From the NCBI RefSeq assembly GCF_016433145.1, contig NC_058133.1:30909084-30973083 (forward strand): a stretch of DNA of 64,000 nt, written 5' to 3'. The first letter of the stretch is position 1, and the number at the start of each line of letters is the position of its first letter. Source of the DNA: Gracilinanus agilis. Lineage: Eukaryota. The notes below the pieces were generated by a model. It ran no database searches and was not told where the DNA came from. It saw only the letters and a program-made list of their open reading frames with translations. Of this stretch, positions 24,100 through 36,500 are shown piece after piece. Position numbers and translations under genes: made by a program.

Positions 24100-27000
24100 A
24101 GGAAGCGGGAGGGAAGCAATGGATGGCCGGAGCCTGGTCACTGAGAGGACGCGTCTCGGCTGCTGCCCGTTTCCTCAGAGGGGGTCTTGGATGACGCTGT
24201 CGGCCCGCTTGGCCTCCGTCTTCTCTTCCGAAGGAGGAGAGCTTTGGGCCGGATCATGTCCGAGTCCTCTCCCACATCGAAGCAATCTTCTGGAGGAGGA
24301 CGAGTGAGAGTCAGAGAGAGGCAGCAGCGTTTCGAGGTCGCCCAGCTTGGGAAGGGCGGACACCGGGCTGCAAACCCGGCCCCAGCCTCCCCCTCTCCTC
24401 AAGGCCCCGAGCTGGGGAGAGCCTGAGCTTCTGAAAGGGCCCAAGAAGGGCTGAGGGTGGGAAGGACTGAAGCCTCCTGTCTACAGGAAACCTCCCGACA
24501 CGCAGACACACGCAGACACACTACATGCACACACGAGCGTGCTCTTTGCACACTCCGCACGTCCTGCACACAGATGCACACCCACCCTGGCTTTAATATC
24601 CGGACGGGCCCTGGGGGCGGCCAGGGTAAACAGCAAGGCAGTCGGTTCAAAGGTGAGCCAGTGCAGAAGTTTCCCTTTGTCCGGAGAAGAATCTGTCCCG
24701 GGCCGAGGGCCGGCCCGAGGAGGCTGCCCGCCTCCCCCCCTCCTCCCAGGACGGCCGGGGCAGCATCTGTGTACACACAGCCGGACGCTCCCCCACAAAT
24801 ACTCCAAATTTCTCATTAAAACTTATGGCATGTCAACATGGGAGGGCCCGAATCTGGAAAAGGCATTTTCTCCTCTCCGTCCCCACCCCCCCGCCTCCTG
24901 CGCCCTCTTCACCCCAACACCCAGCCCAGCCCCCGCTCTCTGCGAGGGAAAGAGCTGGGGGGACCCCGGCCCCCAGGGAGCAGGCGGCCGCTGCCCACGG
25001 CAGACGTCGCCCTCCCCCGGCCCGAGAGGGAGCCGAGCTGCCACGGGCGAATGTTCCGCTCCATCTATTTTCGTTAGCGGCGAGCAGGCCATCCCGAGCC
25101 GTGTCAGACGGAGGCCAGGCTTCCCTCCGTGGCCCAGGCCCGGCCGGGGCTGGGAGCGTGTCTACACTGGCTCCAGCGGCATTAATCCCACCTTGTTTAA
25201 GCCCACGATGCAGGGATTGGAAGGTCCCTCCCTTAGGGAAGGTCTAACTCATACCTGAATATAATCCGCTACACAACCCTGGTGGAGGGTCCTTGAGCCT
25301 TCGAGGACGGGGAGCTCACCACCTCCTGAGACAAGCCTGCTCCATTCTGGGACGGCTCTCGTGACTAAGAAAGTCCTCACCAGGCTGGCGCCACCCTTGG
25401 GGGGCCAGGCAGAACAAGGCTGGTCCTTCCTCCGTGGGCCAGCCTTTTGCCTACTTGAACACGGCTGTCATTTCTAGGGGAAAGAGCTCTGGGCGTGGAC
25501 TCTGAGGAACTGAGTTCAAATCCTACCTCTGCGGCTGTGTGATCACAGGAAAGTTTGGGCCGTCGTCTCCTCTTGGGCACCACGAAGGGCTTGACCCAGA
25601 GGACCTCCAAGGTCTCCTCTAGCTCTGACCCTGTTGTCTCTCCCCAGCTCCTCCCCCACTTCTCTGGCCTAAACATCTCCGGCCCTTTGCCTGGGACAGA
25701 GTATTGGAGAAGGTAAAGGTTACGTCCTGGAGGGATCGGGGGGGGCAGGCGGAGAAGGCCCGGCTGAGCTGGGAACCGAAGGATGGGTGAGATTTCGAGA
25801 GGAGAGAAAGGCGAGAGAGGGCATGCTGGGTGTGCGGACCTGACGGGGCAAAGGAGAGAGGCGGGAGAGGGGCCGGGGAGAGGCGAGGACACAATGGTCC
25901 AGCTGAGCTGCTGGGAGATTCTTTCAGGGGGCAACAGAAGGGAAGACAAGTGTGCCAGGCGACGGGCCTGGCATTTACTGAGCAGGTCATAAGGAGCCCC
26001 TGAAGGCAGAAGAGCTGCTGGACCCCCTCTGGAAGGGAAGGAAAGGTGGATTCGGGGAGGGAGCGCGGAGAGGGCCGGCGCTGCCGAGAGGTCGGCGAGA
26101 CCATAAACGTGCATGAGGCGCCGACGGTATGCCAGGCGCCGCGCCGACCACTGAAGAGACGGGAAATGTGAAGAACCACAATCTCGGCCCTCAAGGAGCT
26201 CCAGGGCTGACATCAGAATAACTACGGACAAAGCGGCCAGAGGCCGGATAAAGTGGAGCTAACCAGACCCAGAGGGGCCTGGCATGGAGGGGTCACTCTC
26301 AGAGACTTCCCGGAGAAGGTGGGATTTTAGCCAGCCAGGTGATAGCGAGGCCAAGAGTGACGAGGGGAGGGGTGGGAGCCCCCCACTAGCGGAAGACAAT
26401 CCCTTCTGTGATTTCCCATGATTCGCCGGGGACACTCTGGTCTTGGAGCCAGGAAGAGCCAGGCTTGACTCTTGTCTAAAACTGACGCGTGACCAAAGAT
26501 AGGGACTGAGCCTCGGTTTCCCGATCTGTAAAATGGATCAGAGCAAACTGCGGCTTAGCCGAGTCTCCCCCACCTTGTACTTAGATGGGTGGTTTCTCTG
26601 AGGACTGAAGGGATAGAATTCCGCTCTGGCTGGCGTTCTGGGCAGAGAGGAAGACCTCATGGACTTGTCTGTTAGTCACTGCTTGGGGGTCTCCACCCAG
26701 GCTGCAGGGGGAAAGTCTAGCGTTCAGATCTTGGGCAGGAGAGGAATCTCGCCGTCCTTCCTCCCACCTGGGGCCCGAGGGAACAGAACACGCAGAACCG
26801 GGTTCCCAGGAAAGGAAGTGTGTCCATCGGCAGTGAATTGGATTTAAGGGAGGCAGAGGGGCACCCAGTGTCTCCTCGCGCTCCCTTCCAGGGTCCTCAA
26901 AGACCGGAGGCTGTGGACAGTCAGGACTCCTAGCGGTGGCCCACAATGCACCGGGCGACCTTGGCATCTTTGACCTCTGGCCAGGCTCTGAGCGCTGCAC
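24100..27000. promoter_or_regulatory. CpG-rich / GC-rich island-like block
   Basis: CG dinucleotides are visibly much denser than in the flanks; GC box GGGGCGG (~24614), GTAAACA (24626-24632), DR1-like GGTTCAAAGGTGA (24644-24656). Confidence 0.6.
24138..24289 (-). other. Candidate terminal coding exon of an unidentified gene
   Basis: Minus-strand acceptor CTCTCTCTGACTCTCACTCGTCCTCCTCCAG|; phase-1 frame (E)DCFDVGEDSDMIRPKALLLRKRRRRPSGPTASSKTPSEETGSSRDASSQ*. No upstream in-frame exon found. Confidence 0.25.
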
Positions 27001-27232
27001 AGCCCCTGCTTCAGCCTCCTTCATGGCCATTGGAACAAGCTGTTCTCCACCACCCATTCCCCAGGGGAGTGTCCCCGTGCCAGCACACAATAGGTGCATA
27101 ATACGTGCTTCTTAATAGACCCGTGGATCCTGATCTTGTCCCAGAGCATCCCTGAAAGATGTCTGGATTATTTATCTCTCCCGTCACTACAAGGTCATGG
27201 CTAGACACTAGGACTGGATTCTGCATCCTGAA

Positions 27233-27568
27233 TGCTATATCTCTTCCTTCTTTCTGTTTTATGTGGCCCAATACACAGAGTGCTGGATCTGGAATCAAGA
27301 GGACCTGAATTCAAATTCTGCACCAAATATTTTCAAGCTGTGTGATTCTGAGAGTCCCTTAACTCTGTCTGCCTCAAGTCCACCATCTACAAAATGGGTA
27401 TAATAAAAGTGCTATATCTCTTCCCTCTTTCTGTTTTTGTGACCCAGTGTACAGAGTGCTGGATCTGGAATCAAATTCTGCATCTAATGCTTTTGAGCTG
27501 TGTGATTCTGAGAAAGTCACTTAACTCTGTCTGCCTCAAGTTCACCATTTACAAAATGGGTATAATAA
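27233..27568 (+). repeat. Tandem duplication (period 177 bp) of a MIR plus its 5' flank
   Basis: TGCTATATCTCTTCC...ACAGAGTGCTGGATCTGGAATCAA...AAAATGGGTATAATAA starts at 27233 and 27410; copy 2 lacks 16 bp. Confidence 0.92.
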
Positions 27569-27717
27569 TCATGCCTGTTATGAGAATAAAATGAGCTAAT
27601 ATTTATGAATCCCTGCACAAGTCTTAAATTGATATATACATACACAACACATATATAACATATGTGTATATACCTATCTACCATTGTCATCACAATAATA
27701 ATAACAATTATTATTAT

Positions 27718-27917
27718 TTTTTTAAACCCTCACCTTCCATCTTGGAGTCAATACTGTGTATTGGCTCCAATGCAGTAGAATGGTAAGAGCTAGGCAATGG
27801 GGGTTAAGTGACTTGCCCAGGGTCACCCAGCTGGGAAGTGTCTGAGGCCAGATTTGAACCCAGGACCTCCCCTCTCTAGGCCTGGCTCTCAATCCACTGA
27901 GCCACCCAGCTACCCCC
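27718..27917 (-). mobile_element. Full-length CORE-SINE with 18-bp TSD
   Basis: TSD AATAACAATTATTATTAT at 27700-27717 and 27918-27935. Confidence 0.95.
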
Positions 27918-30900
27918 AATAACAATTATTATTATAGTATCAGGGTCCTGAAGGGGATAGTTATAGAGCAGAATGGCCTAAGAGAAAGACTTCAGTAAAA
28001 TAAAAAGGAGGAGGGAATTGTGGAGGTGATTTGGAGATAATTCAGACTTGTCACTGAGAAGGCCAGAGACTAAATTTGGGGTCTAGAAATCTGGGAAGAA
28101 CTTAAGGAAAAGGAGGAAGAATGTTCAGTGTGAAAGAGAAATTGATAGCTGAGAGAATGTCATTAGTTCATCTTTGTATCCCCAGCATAAGGCCTTATAA
28201 AAAGGAGGAACATGGGAAATGGCCAGTGGCATAGGATGGATTTGAATGGTTTGAAATGCAATTAGATATATTGGCTATGTGCCCAGATCTATGATGGAGG
28301 AGGCAAGAGAAGGAGGAGAGATGGTCCCTGACCTTGGGGTGTTTCCAGTTTAACTAAGTCAGTCCCATGTACCTGTGGACATCCCTTTCAGTACCCTGAC
28401 CAAGTCCTACAATTGATAACCTCTAATGGCAGTTTGGGTGCCCAAGGGGCAACTGACTAGATCCTCTGCTCTGACTTCTAGGGCAACGCACATTCACATA
28501 TGTGCACACAGAGACAGAGGCCCCTACCAGTGCATTCCACGTTCATTATCAGACAGTAGCCTTGATTCGCTTTCAGAAAAGGGATTTCCTAGAATGGTAT
28601 AGGAAAAAAAAGTTGTTCTGAAAGAATCCTTCTAAATCCAGGGTCCAAATCCAATCTATCCTTGTACTCACAAGGGCGCTGGCTAAAGTGGATTCCAGTG
28701 TAAAGTACAGCAATTGTGAGGAACACATATTGCAAAGTTTTACAAGTAACCTCCTAGTTTACTGGAAGAAGTCCATTTCTCCCTTTAGAGAATCCTCAAA
28801 AGTTTCTCCTTAGCTGTAACCATCTGTAGGGCCTTCAGTCTCAGTACCTTTCTAAACTCCATCACCAGAGAGGTGTGCCACTGTCTTCTGGTGACTTATT
28901 TCCACCTCCATCTAAAGGTATTTCTTCTGTCATCAGCTCCTAGTGCTGTAGAGGATTCTGACGCCAACCCTGGTTACCAGGCAGATCTCTGCATCAAACT
29001 TCAGGATCACCCAAACTAATAAGGTCACTTTCATCTAGGGATATTCATTCACTTGGATCAGAGAGGGCCAAATCCCAAAGAGACCTCTAGAGACACCGTG
29101 TGCTCAGGGACACTTAGCGGCTGGGTGAAGAGACGCAGCTTCTGCCACTGCCCAGGAACTCATAGAAGTTTTTGTCTTTTTTGCCACCAGAAAGGAAAAA
29201 GAAATGAGAAATGAGCGAATCTATCCTTTGTGTAGGTTCACTCAGTTCTAGATCAGAACCTCCTTGGTCACTGGGTCTTCTAACTCCATAGACAATTAAG
29301 TCTTTTCTTTACCCCTTTCCTTCTCAGAATCTATACTATCAGTTTCAAGGCAGAAGAGTGGTAAGGGCTAGGCAACTGGGATTAAATGACTTGCCCAGGG
29401 TCACACAACTAGAAACTGCCTGGGGCCAGATTTGAACCCAGGATCTCCCATCTCTAGGCCTGGTGCTCTATCCACTGAGCCACCTAGTTGCCCTTTGATT
29501 AAGCCTTCATCTTCCCACAATGCTAATCCCTTAATCACACCCACCTGGAAACAGGCTTCTAAACAAAGTCAGGAATATCTCTTCACATGCTCCATATAAC
29601 GCACCAGAAAGGACAAATGCAAGCACAGCTCTAAGGCCTGGGCCTTCAGTCCACCATCCCCACATCCATGAAACAATTTGTGAAGAAGTAAATTGAGTTA
29701 CATTAAATCCACAGAACGGGTAAGTATTTTGCAATAGTGGCAATATTGTGGCATTGAAGAGATTTGATTTAGGGTCATAAGACCTGGGTTCTAATCCTGA
29801 CTTCATTATTTAGTGGCTGTATGCCACAGGCAAAGTACTCCTGGGGCTCCATCCCTCTTCTATAAACGGAGGCCATTAGAGTAGATGGTTTTAGTAGTCG
29901 GGGGTTTTTTAATTATGTGCTAAATCCCCATCATTTTCCCAAGGGGCCTCAAATCTTGCCGTTCACCCCATCACACTCATTCTGGCTCGGAATCATGGCG
30001 TTGTTTGCAGCAAACATTAGCTCTTGCACAAGTCTTTGTCCAGAGCTCTCCTTGGTGGTGAGTCATGAACACGGAGGGGCAGCCCTTCTCTTTGCTTCAT
30101 TAACCCCTTTTAGGTATCAGTAACGGCCCCGAAGTACGAGACTAGTGACGCCAAGAGCTCTGGTGAACCTAAGAAAGCCATCAAGTGTGTTTGTCTAAGA
30201 AATTCTCACTAAATAATGGCTCTCCTTCCAAGGAGCAATTTTCCACCTTCATGAAGGTCCTTGGAATGAGGTCCTGCCGGCTAGCAGAAAGAGCCCAAGC
30301 CTGGGACTAAGGAGGCTTGTTTGGGACCCTCGGTTTGGCCATAGGGCGAGCTCTCTGCCCAAGCCTGGACGGCTCTTTCCCTCCTCAATTCTGCCTCCTC
30401 ACTTCCCAGGCTTCCTTCAAGCCCTCCTTAAAATCTCACCTTCGACAGGAAGCCTTCCCTGATGCCCTTTCATGCCAGAGCCTTCCTTCTGTGGATGCTG
30501 TCCAGTTTTCCCCATACATCCCTTGCTTTGCTATAGTGATCTGCATAGCGTCTCCCTCATTAGATCGTGAGCTCCTCAGGAGCAGGAATGGCATTTACCT
30601 TCCTTTGTGTCTCCAGCACTCGGCACATTGTATATAGTGGGCATTTAATAAATGCTGATTGATTCGATTTGACTACCACTAATTTGTGTGACCTTGGATA
30701 AATCACTTACCTTTTAAGGTCTCATTTTTTTCTCTTCTCTCAAAAACTGTAAATTATTTTTAGCCTGTCTTCCTCACAGCTCCTGGGAAGATGGAAGAAG
30801 ATGCTGCTGAGAAGGTCCTTTGATAAGCCAGGGTGCCCTCTCCACGTGTGAATGTACAAACACATACACATACACACGTATGTGCACACATCTTCAGTGT

Positions 30901-33336
30901 TATTGTTAGTCAAGCCGGCTGCCCTGACCTTCTCCGTCTCGTGCCTTTGCCGGCGATAATTCAGGCTTCCTGTGTCTAGCCCACGTTGGTCCCTGTTGTT
31001 CAGGAAGTCAAGTCTCCGGACCTGGACCCGGGGAGCTAAGACCTGAGTGCCTTGCCCAGGGCTACACAGGTATTGAGTGAGTAGATTCTCACCCAGGGCC
31101 TCTGAGGCCTCTGCTTCATGGGTATTGGATGGACTGTCCCATGGAGGCAGAATCAGACTGGCCCTGCCTGGCCCCAGAGCAGGGGAAGGAGGGGGCAGGC
31201 AGGAAGCTTCAGAAAGGCTCCAGCTTAAAGTAAGGAAAAGCTTCCTATCGATTAGGGTGTCCCCAAGTGAAAGGAACTGCCTGAAGTGATAGTGAGCTCC
31301 CCGTCCCTAGAAAATAATCCTAATCATCCCAGCCTTCATCTAGAAGCGCTTTGGAGTGCTAACCAACATGATGAAGGACTCCCTGCTACTGCTGTCAATC
31401 AGAGCATCCTGGGGGGGAGGGGCGGTAAAATTATCTTCCTAAGCAGGGTTTCTCCTATCTCGGCACCCCCTCCCTGGAGGCCCCCAGGGGACCCGAGGCC
31501 CGTACCCAGGCTGGTTCAGGTCATCCCTCCAAGAAGCTGAGGGCAAAGCCTGGAATCTGGAGAGACTGCCAGTGGCTCACCCGCTCGCCCTCCCACGGGG
31601 CTCTATATGAGTCCTATAAACCCAGGCCATAAGGGAGGAGGGAGAACAACAAAGCTGAGTTGGCTTTAATTAAAATGAATGGCGTTGGCACCTCCCTCTC
31701 TCCCCTTGGCACCCCCTGCCCACCCTCTGGGCACCACCCCCGAGCCCAAGAGAATGTCCCCATCGCAGAAGACCTCCCTGCAGCCACTGCCCAGGCCGAG
31801 AAGGGAATATTGACAAAGGCCTATGAAGGTCCCAGCAGAGCTTGCCAAGAGGCAACCAGCAGAGTAGCTGTTTGCAAGCCAGGTGGTGCGAGGAATGAAA
31901 ATGAATCAGGCTTAGGATCCGAAAAAAGAAAGCTGGGCCAGAGTACGGAGGCAGCAGGGAGAGGAGCGCCTGCCTCCTTGGGTCACCCTGGGATGCTGAG
32001 AGCCTAGAACCTGGCATCTCGAAATCCTAGAACTTTAATCCCAGAAGGGGCCTCTAAGGTCATCTGGTCCATCTCCTACATGAAACATGAGTCAGCTCTC
32101 CAGCCTTTTAAAGGTTCTCCCAGTTGGGGAAAGGTAGGCGGTTAAGTGGCCAGAGAGCCAGACCTGGAAATGAGAGTTCTTGGGTTCAAATCTGGCCTGA
32201 GGCACTTCCCAGCTGTGTGACCCTGGGCAAGTCACTTAGCCACAACTGCCTTACCCTAATCACTCTTCAGCCTTGANNNNNNNNNNNNNNNNNNNNNNNN
32301 NNNNNNNNNNNNNNNNNNNNNNNNNNNNNNNNNNNNNNNNNNNNNNNNNNNNNNNNNNNNNNNNNNNNNNNNNNNNNNNNNNNNNNNNNNNNNNNNNNNN
32401 NNNNNNNNNNNNNNNNNNNNNNNNNNNNNNNNNNNNNNNNNNNNNNNNNNNNNNNNNNNNNNNNNNNNNNNNNNNNNNNNNNNNNNNNNNNNNNNNNNNN
32501 NNNNNNNNNNNNNNNNNNNNNNNNNNNNNNNNNNNNNNNNNNNNNNNNNNNNNNNNNNNNNNNNNNNNNNNNNNNNNNNNNNNNNNNNNNNNNNNNNNNN
32601 NNNNNNNNNNNNNNNNNNNNNNNNNNNNNNNNNNNNNNNNNNNNNNNNNNNNNNNNNNNNNNNNNNNNNNNNNNNNNNNNNNNNNNNTGGAATTGAAACA
32701 CAGAGAACTTGATTGATTTGCCCAGTCACATAGCCACTAGTTAAACATCTATGGTGACATTCACACTCAAGCCTTCCTGATTCTGAGTTTCCATCCTGGT
32801 GCCCTGTGCCTTCTAGTAGCCCATGTTGGCCATGATGTGGAGTGCTGAAAAGGAAAGGTATGACAGGCATTGCTTAAGCACCTCCTGTGTACTGTGTACT
32901 GTGCTGGGAACTGGGGATACAAAGACAAAATTTAAAATATTTGCAGCCCTCAAAGAGCCTCCATTCTCCTAGGACTGTGGAAAATAGGACGTTTAAACAG
33001 ATAAATCAATACAATATCATTTGAGGAGAGGGGGAAGGAGGTCTAACAATTAGAAGATTCATGAAAGGATTCCATAGAAGGAAGCCCCTGAGTTGAGCTT
33101 TGAAAGAAACTAAGAAATGAAGGAATAGCATGCCAGGAGTGTTGGACAAAAGCATGGTGCCTGGAAATGGAATAACAAGCACACGAGTTTGGTTGGAACA
33201 CAGAGAATCTATAAAGGGGAGTTAGGAAATAAATCTGGAGAAGTAGCCCAGAGCCCAAGATAGAATTTTAAATGTCAAACCAAAGATGCATCTTCTAGAC
33301 TCTTTGGTTTGACAGCTCTTAAAAGTTCCTTCTACA

Positions 33337-33538
33337 GGGGCAGCTGGGTAGCTCAGTGGATTGAGAGCCAGGCCTAGAGACAGGAGGTCCTAGGTTCAAA
33401 TCCGGCCTCAGACACTTCCCAGCTGTGTGACCCTGGGCAAGTCACTTGACCCCCATTGCCTACCCTTGCCAATCTTCTACCTATAAGTCAATACACAGAA
33501 GTTAAGGGTTTAAAATTTAAAAAAAAATTAAAAAAAAA
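33337..33538 (+). mobile_element. Young SINE1_Mdo-type SINE with 16-bp TSD
   Basis: TSD AAAAGTTCCTTCTACA at 33321-33336 and 33539-33554. Confidence 0.95.
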
Positions 33539-36500
33539 AAAAGTTCCTTCTACACTCTGCTAAGATTCTAGAGTAGGAGAAGGGCCTTTTCAGAGCTGAA
33601 TATCTTGTGGGGCTGTTGGCATTCCTCCCTCCACCTCGGAGCCTCCTCACCCTGTGCCAGTCTTCCATAAACTCCTACGTGTCATAGTCCAGTATGACAC
33701 AGGTGCCAGTCTGTGAATCAATGAATCGATCAGTGGTTTATTCAGCACGTAGTGTGTGGTAGCCCCTGGATATATACAAAGACAAAATGCTCTCCAGGAG
33801 TTCAGATTCGGTAGGAGTTTTGTTGTCATTGAGTCATTTCAGTTGTGTCTGACTCTTTGTGACCCCATTTGGGGTTTTCTTGGCAGAGATTCTGGAGTGG
33901 TTTGCCATTTCCTTCTCCCGCTCATTTGACAGATGAGGAAACTGAGGCAAACAAGGTTCCATGACTTGCCCAAGCTCACACAGCTAGTAAGTGTCTGAGA
34001 CCAGATTTAAACTTATGAAGATGAATCTTCCTGATTCTGAACCCTGTGTTCTATCTATTATGGTGCCACCATCATCACCTTTGGCTGGATACCCAAATGA
34101 ACATAAAAATATGTTTTACAAGATCTATGATCTCATCCGTGCGATAACTATATTCAAGATGTTCAAAATGCTTTACGTGAGTTATCTCGTTTGAGATACT
34201 CCAAAGTTGGCCAACTCCTGCTGCCACATCTTGCCTTAGAAAGCTGAATGGAGGCTCTCAGAGATAGAGGGGGACTGGCCCCGGGTCCCAGAGTCAGCAT
34301 GGGTCCGGGACAGGTCTTACAGACACCAGTCAGCTCATTAACCACCATACCTCATCATCTCACAATAAAATACAAGATGGCTAGGAAGGGAGGACAGGAG
34401 GATCTGGGAGGATGGATGGGAAAGGTCTCATATAAGAGGTGGTCCTTGAGTTGAGTTTTGAAGGAGACCAGGAATTCTAAGAGACAGACATGAGGACCAA
34501 AGCCATGAGGAATGACTTGAGAAAGCCACAGGAAGGCTAGAGTGTCAGACCTGGAGTTGGGAAGATCTTTGTTCAAAATCTGGCCTCAGATACTTCCTAG
34601 CCATGTGACCTTGGGCAAGTCATTTAACCCCATTTGTCTTTCTCTCTTAGAGTTCTTCCTAAGACAGAAAGTAAGGGGGTTTTTGAAGTCACAGGATGGG
34701 AAATGGAAAGCTGTGAGTCTGACCAGTCCATCTCTTTTTCCTATAGTAGTCTATCCTATAGGGTCATGAGCGCCCCACCCCACTGTCAAGCTAGTCCCAT
34801 GAAATTAGCTGGTATTCATTTTGCTTTGTGATCAAATGAGAAAATATGTGTAAAATATTTTAAATAGTTCTTAGCACATAAAAAGCACTCAATAAATGAT
34901 TGTTTTCTCCAAAAAATGTGACCTATTTGAGAGCAGGGAATATCTCACTTTTGTTCCTGGCATGTACCAGGTACTTGATAAATAGTTGATGGACTTATTG
35001 ATTGATTGGTCCCCAGACCACAGACATGCTGTTACTGGGCCTAGACTATTCTATTCTAGCTTAGTAGGACCTGAGAGAACAGATAGCCTAGGAACAGGAC
35101 ACAATGCTCAAAGTCAGGAAGACCTGAGTTAAAATCCTGCCTCAGACACTTAATAGTTATGTGACCCTAGGCAAGTGATTTACCTTCTCTAGGCCTCCCT
35201 TTCTTTATCTGTACAATTAAAAACTGAACTCCATGACCTCTAAGATCCCTTCCAGCTCTAAATCTATAATTCTATGGCCTACCAGGTGTCTGCAAGCAGA
35301 GGCTTCAGGAGCCCAGATGTGGATGTTAGTGGTGGCAAGACCATCATGTGGACTGGACAATGGCTTAAAGACTTGGCGGGTCATGTGGGAAGGAGCCCTC
35401 TACACTGGACTTTAATCCTTCCTCTTCCACTGACTTATTGCTATATGACCTTGGGAAATCACCTGCCAACCTCTGAGTCTCACCTTCCTCCTCCAAAAAA
35501 ACAGGAACAATGATCCTTTCTCAGCCCTTCCTTAGACTTGTGGTCAGGAAAATGCTTTATAAATTGGATATTTCTATCAGTGCTATTATAGTAAGAAAAA
35601 GGGGAAGGAAGGTCATTTGGAATCAGTAGTTCAAAGGCCTTGAATGCCAGGATGAAGGCCTTACGTTGTAGATAATAGAAATCACCAGTGGAATGTAGTA
35701 ACCTGTCATAGGGTTCCCTGGAGATGTTTCCACTTCATTTCATTCTGCTTCAGTCAAATTCAGTGTCAGCTGGAAGGAAGCCCTCTGCCCCTCCCACTAT
35801 GTGACCTACGCTGGATCAGGCCCTGGGAAGCCTCGAGTGCCAAGTCAGCTCCTCAGGGACAGAACCTGTCTTGATATCTCAGCCTGAGGCTTAAGCTGCT
35901 AAGCTTCTGCCTTGAACCAACAAATCCTTCCTAATAAGGGGGATCAACCCTTCAATAATAGCACCATCAGCCCCAGCGACCCCGCAGGCCCTTTAGGCCG
36001 GACAGAATCGCAGGCGGGGCTCCAGGAGGCAGCAGGTACCAGACAGCTGACATTCCCAGCTCTGCCCCTTCTGGGAAGTAGCACAGCCTCTCCATCAGTA
36101 GCAGCTGCAAGGACTCACTGTGTCCAGGCACCAGAAAGTCAATCAGAGAAGATAGTGACCCAGGGTTGGCTCAAAAGCTGGTGCTGCTAGTTACCACCTA
36201 AGTGGCTTTGACAGATCGCTTCCATCTCTGGGCCTCAGCTTCCTCATCTGTAAGTGAAGAAGAGGAAGCTCTCTAAAGACCTTCTCAGCTCTGACACCCC
36301 CTGATCTAAAGCACCTGCCAGAGCTGACATTCTCTTTTCTATTTTCTAAGTCCCGACAGCCTCTAACATTATCCATGTTCTAACGTTCCTCACCTTCTGA
36401 TAACTTGGCCTGACCTTCAAGGCCTTTTACCCCCTTTCCAGTGCTCATTCCCTGTTTTCTCTACCCAAGATGGCGCCAGCTCCTTCAATGTCCAGGAAGG

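Noticed and set aside
25381-25473. 93-nt AG/GT-bounded exon-like segment on the minus strand
   Set aside because: It has stops in two frames, the third frame creates TGA when joined to the 24289 acceptor, and its acceptor lies at a MIR edge.
25377-26231. 284-aa minus-strand ORF and overlapping 191-239-aa ORFs in the GC-rich block
   Set aside because: They run through L2 and MIR relics, are Pro/Ser/Gly-rich with no homology, and stops are rare in GC-rich DNA.
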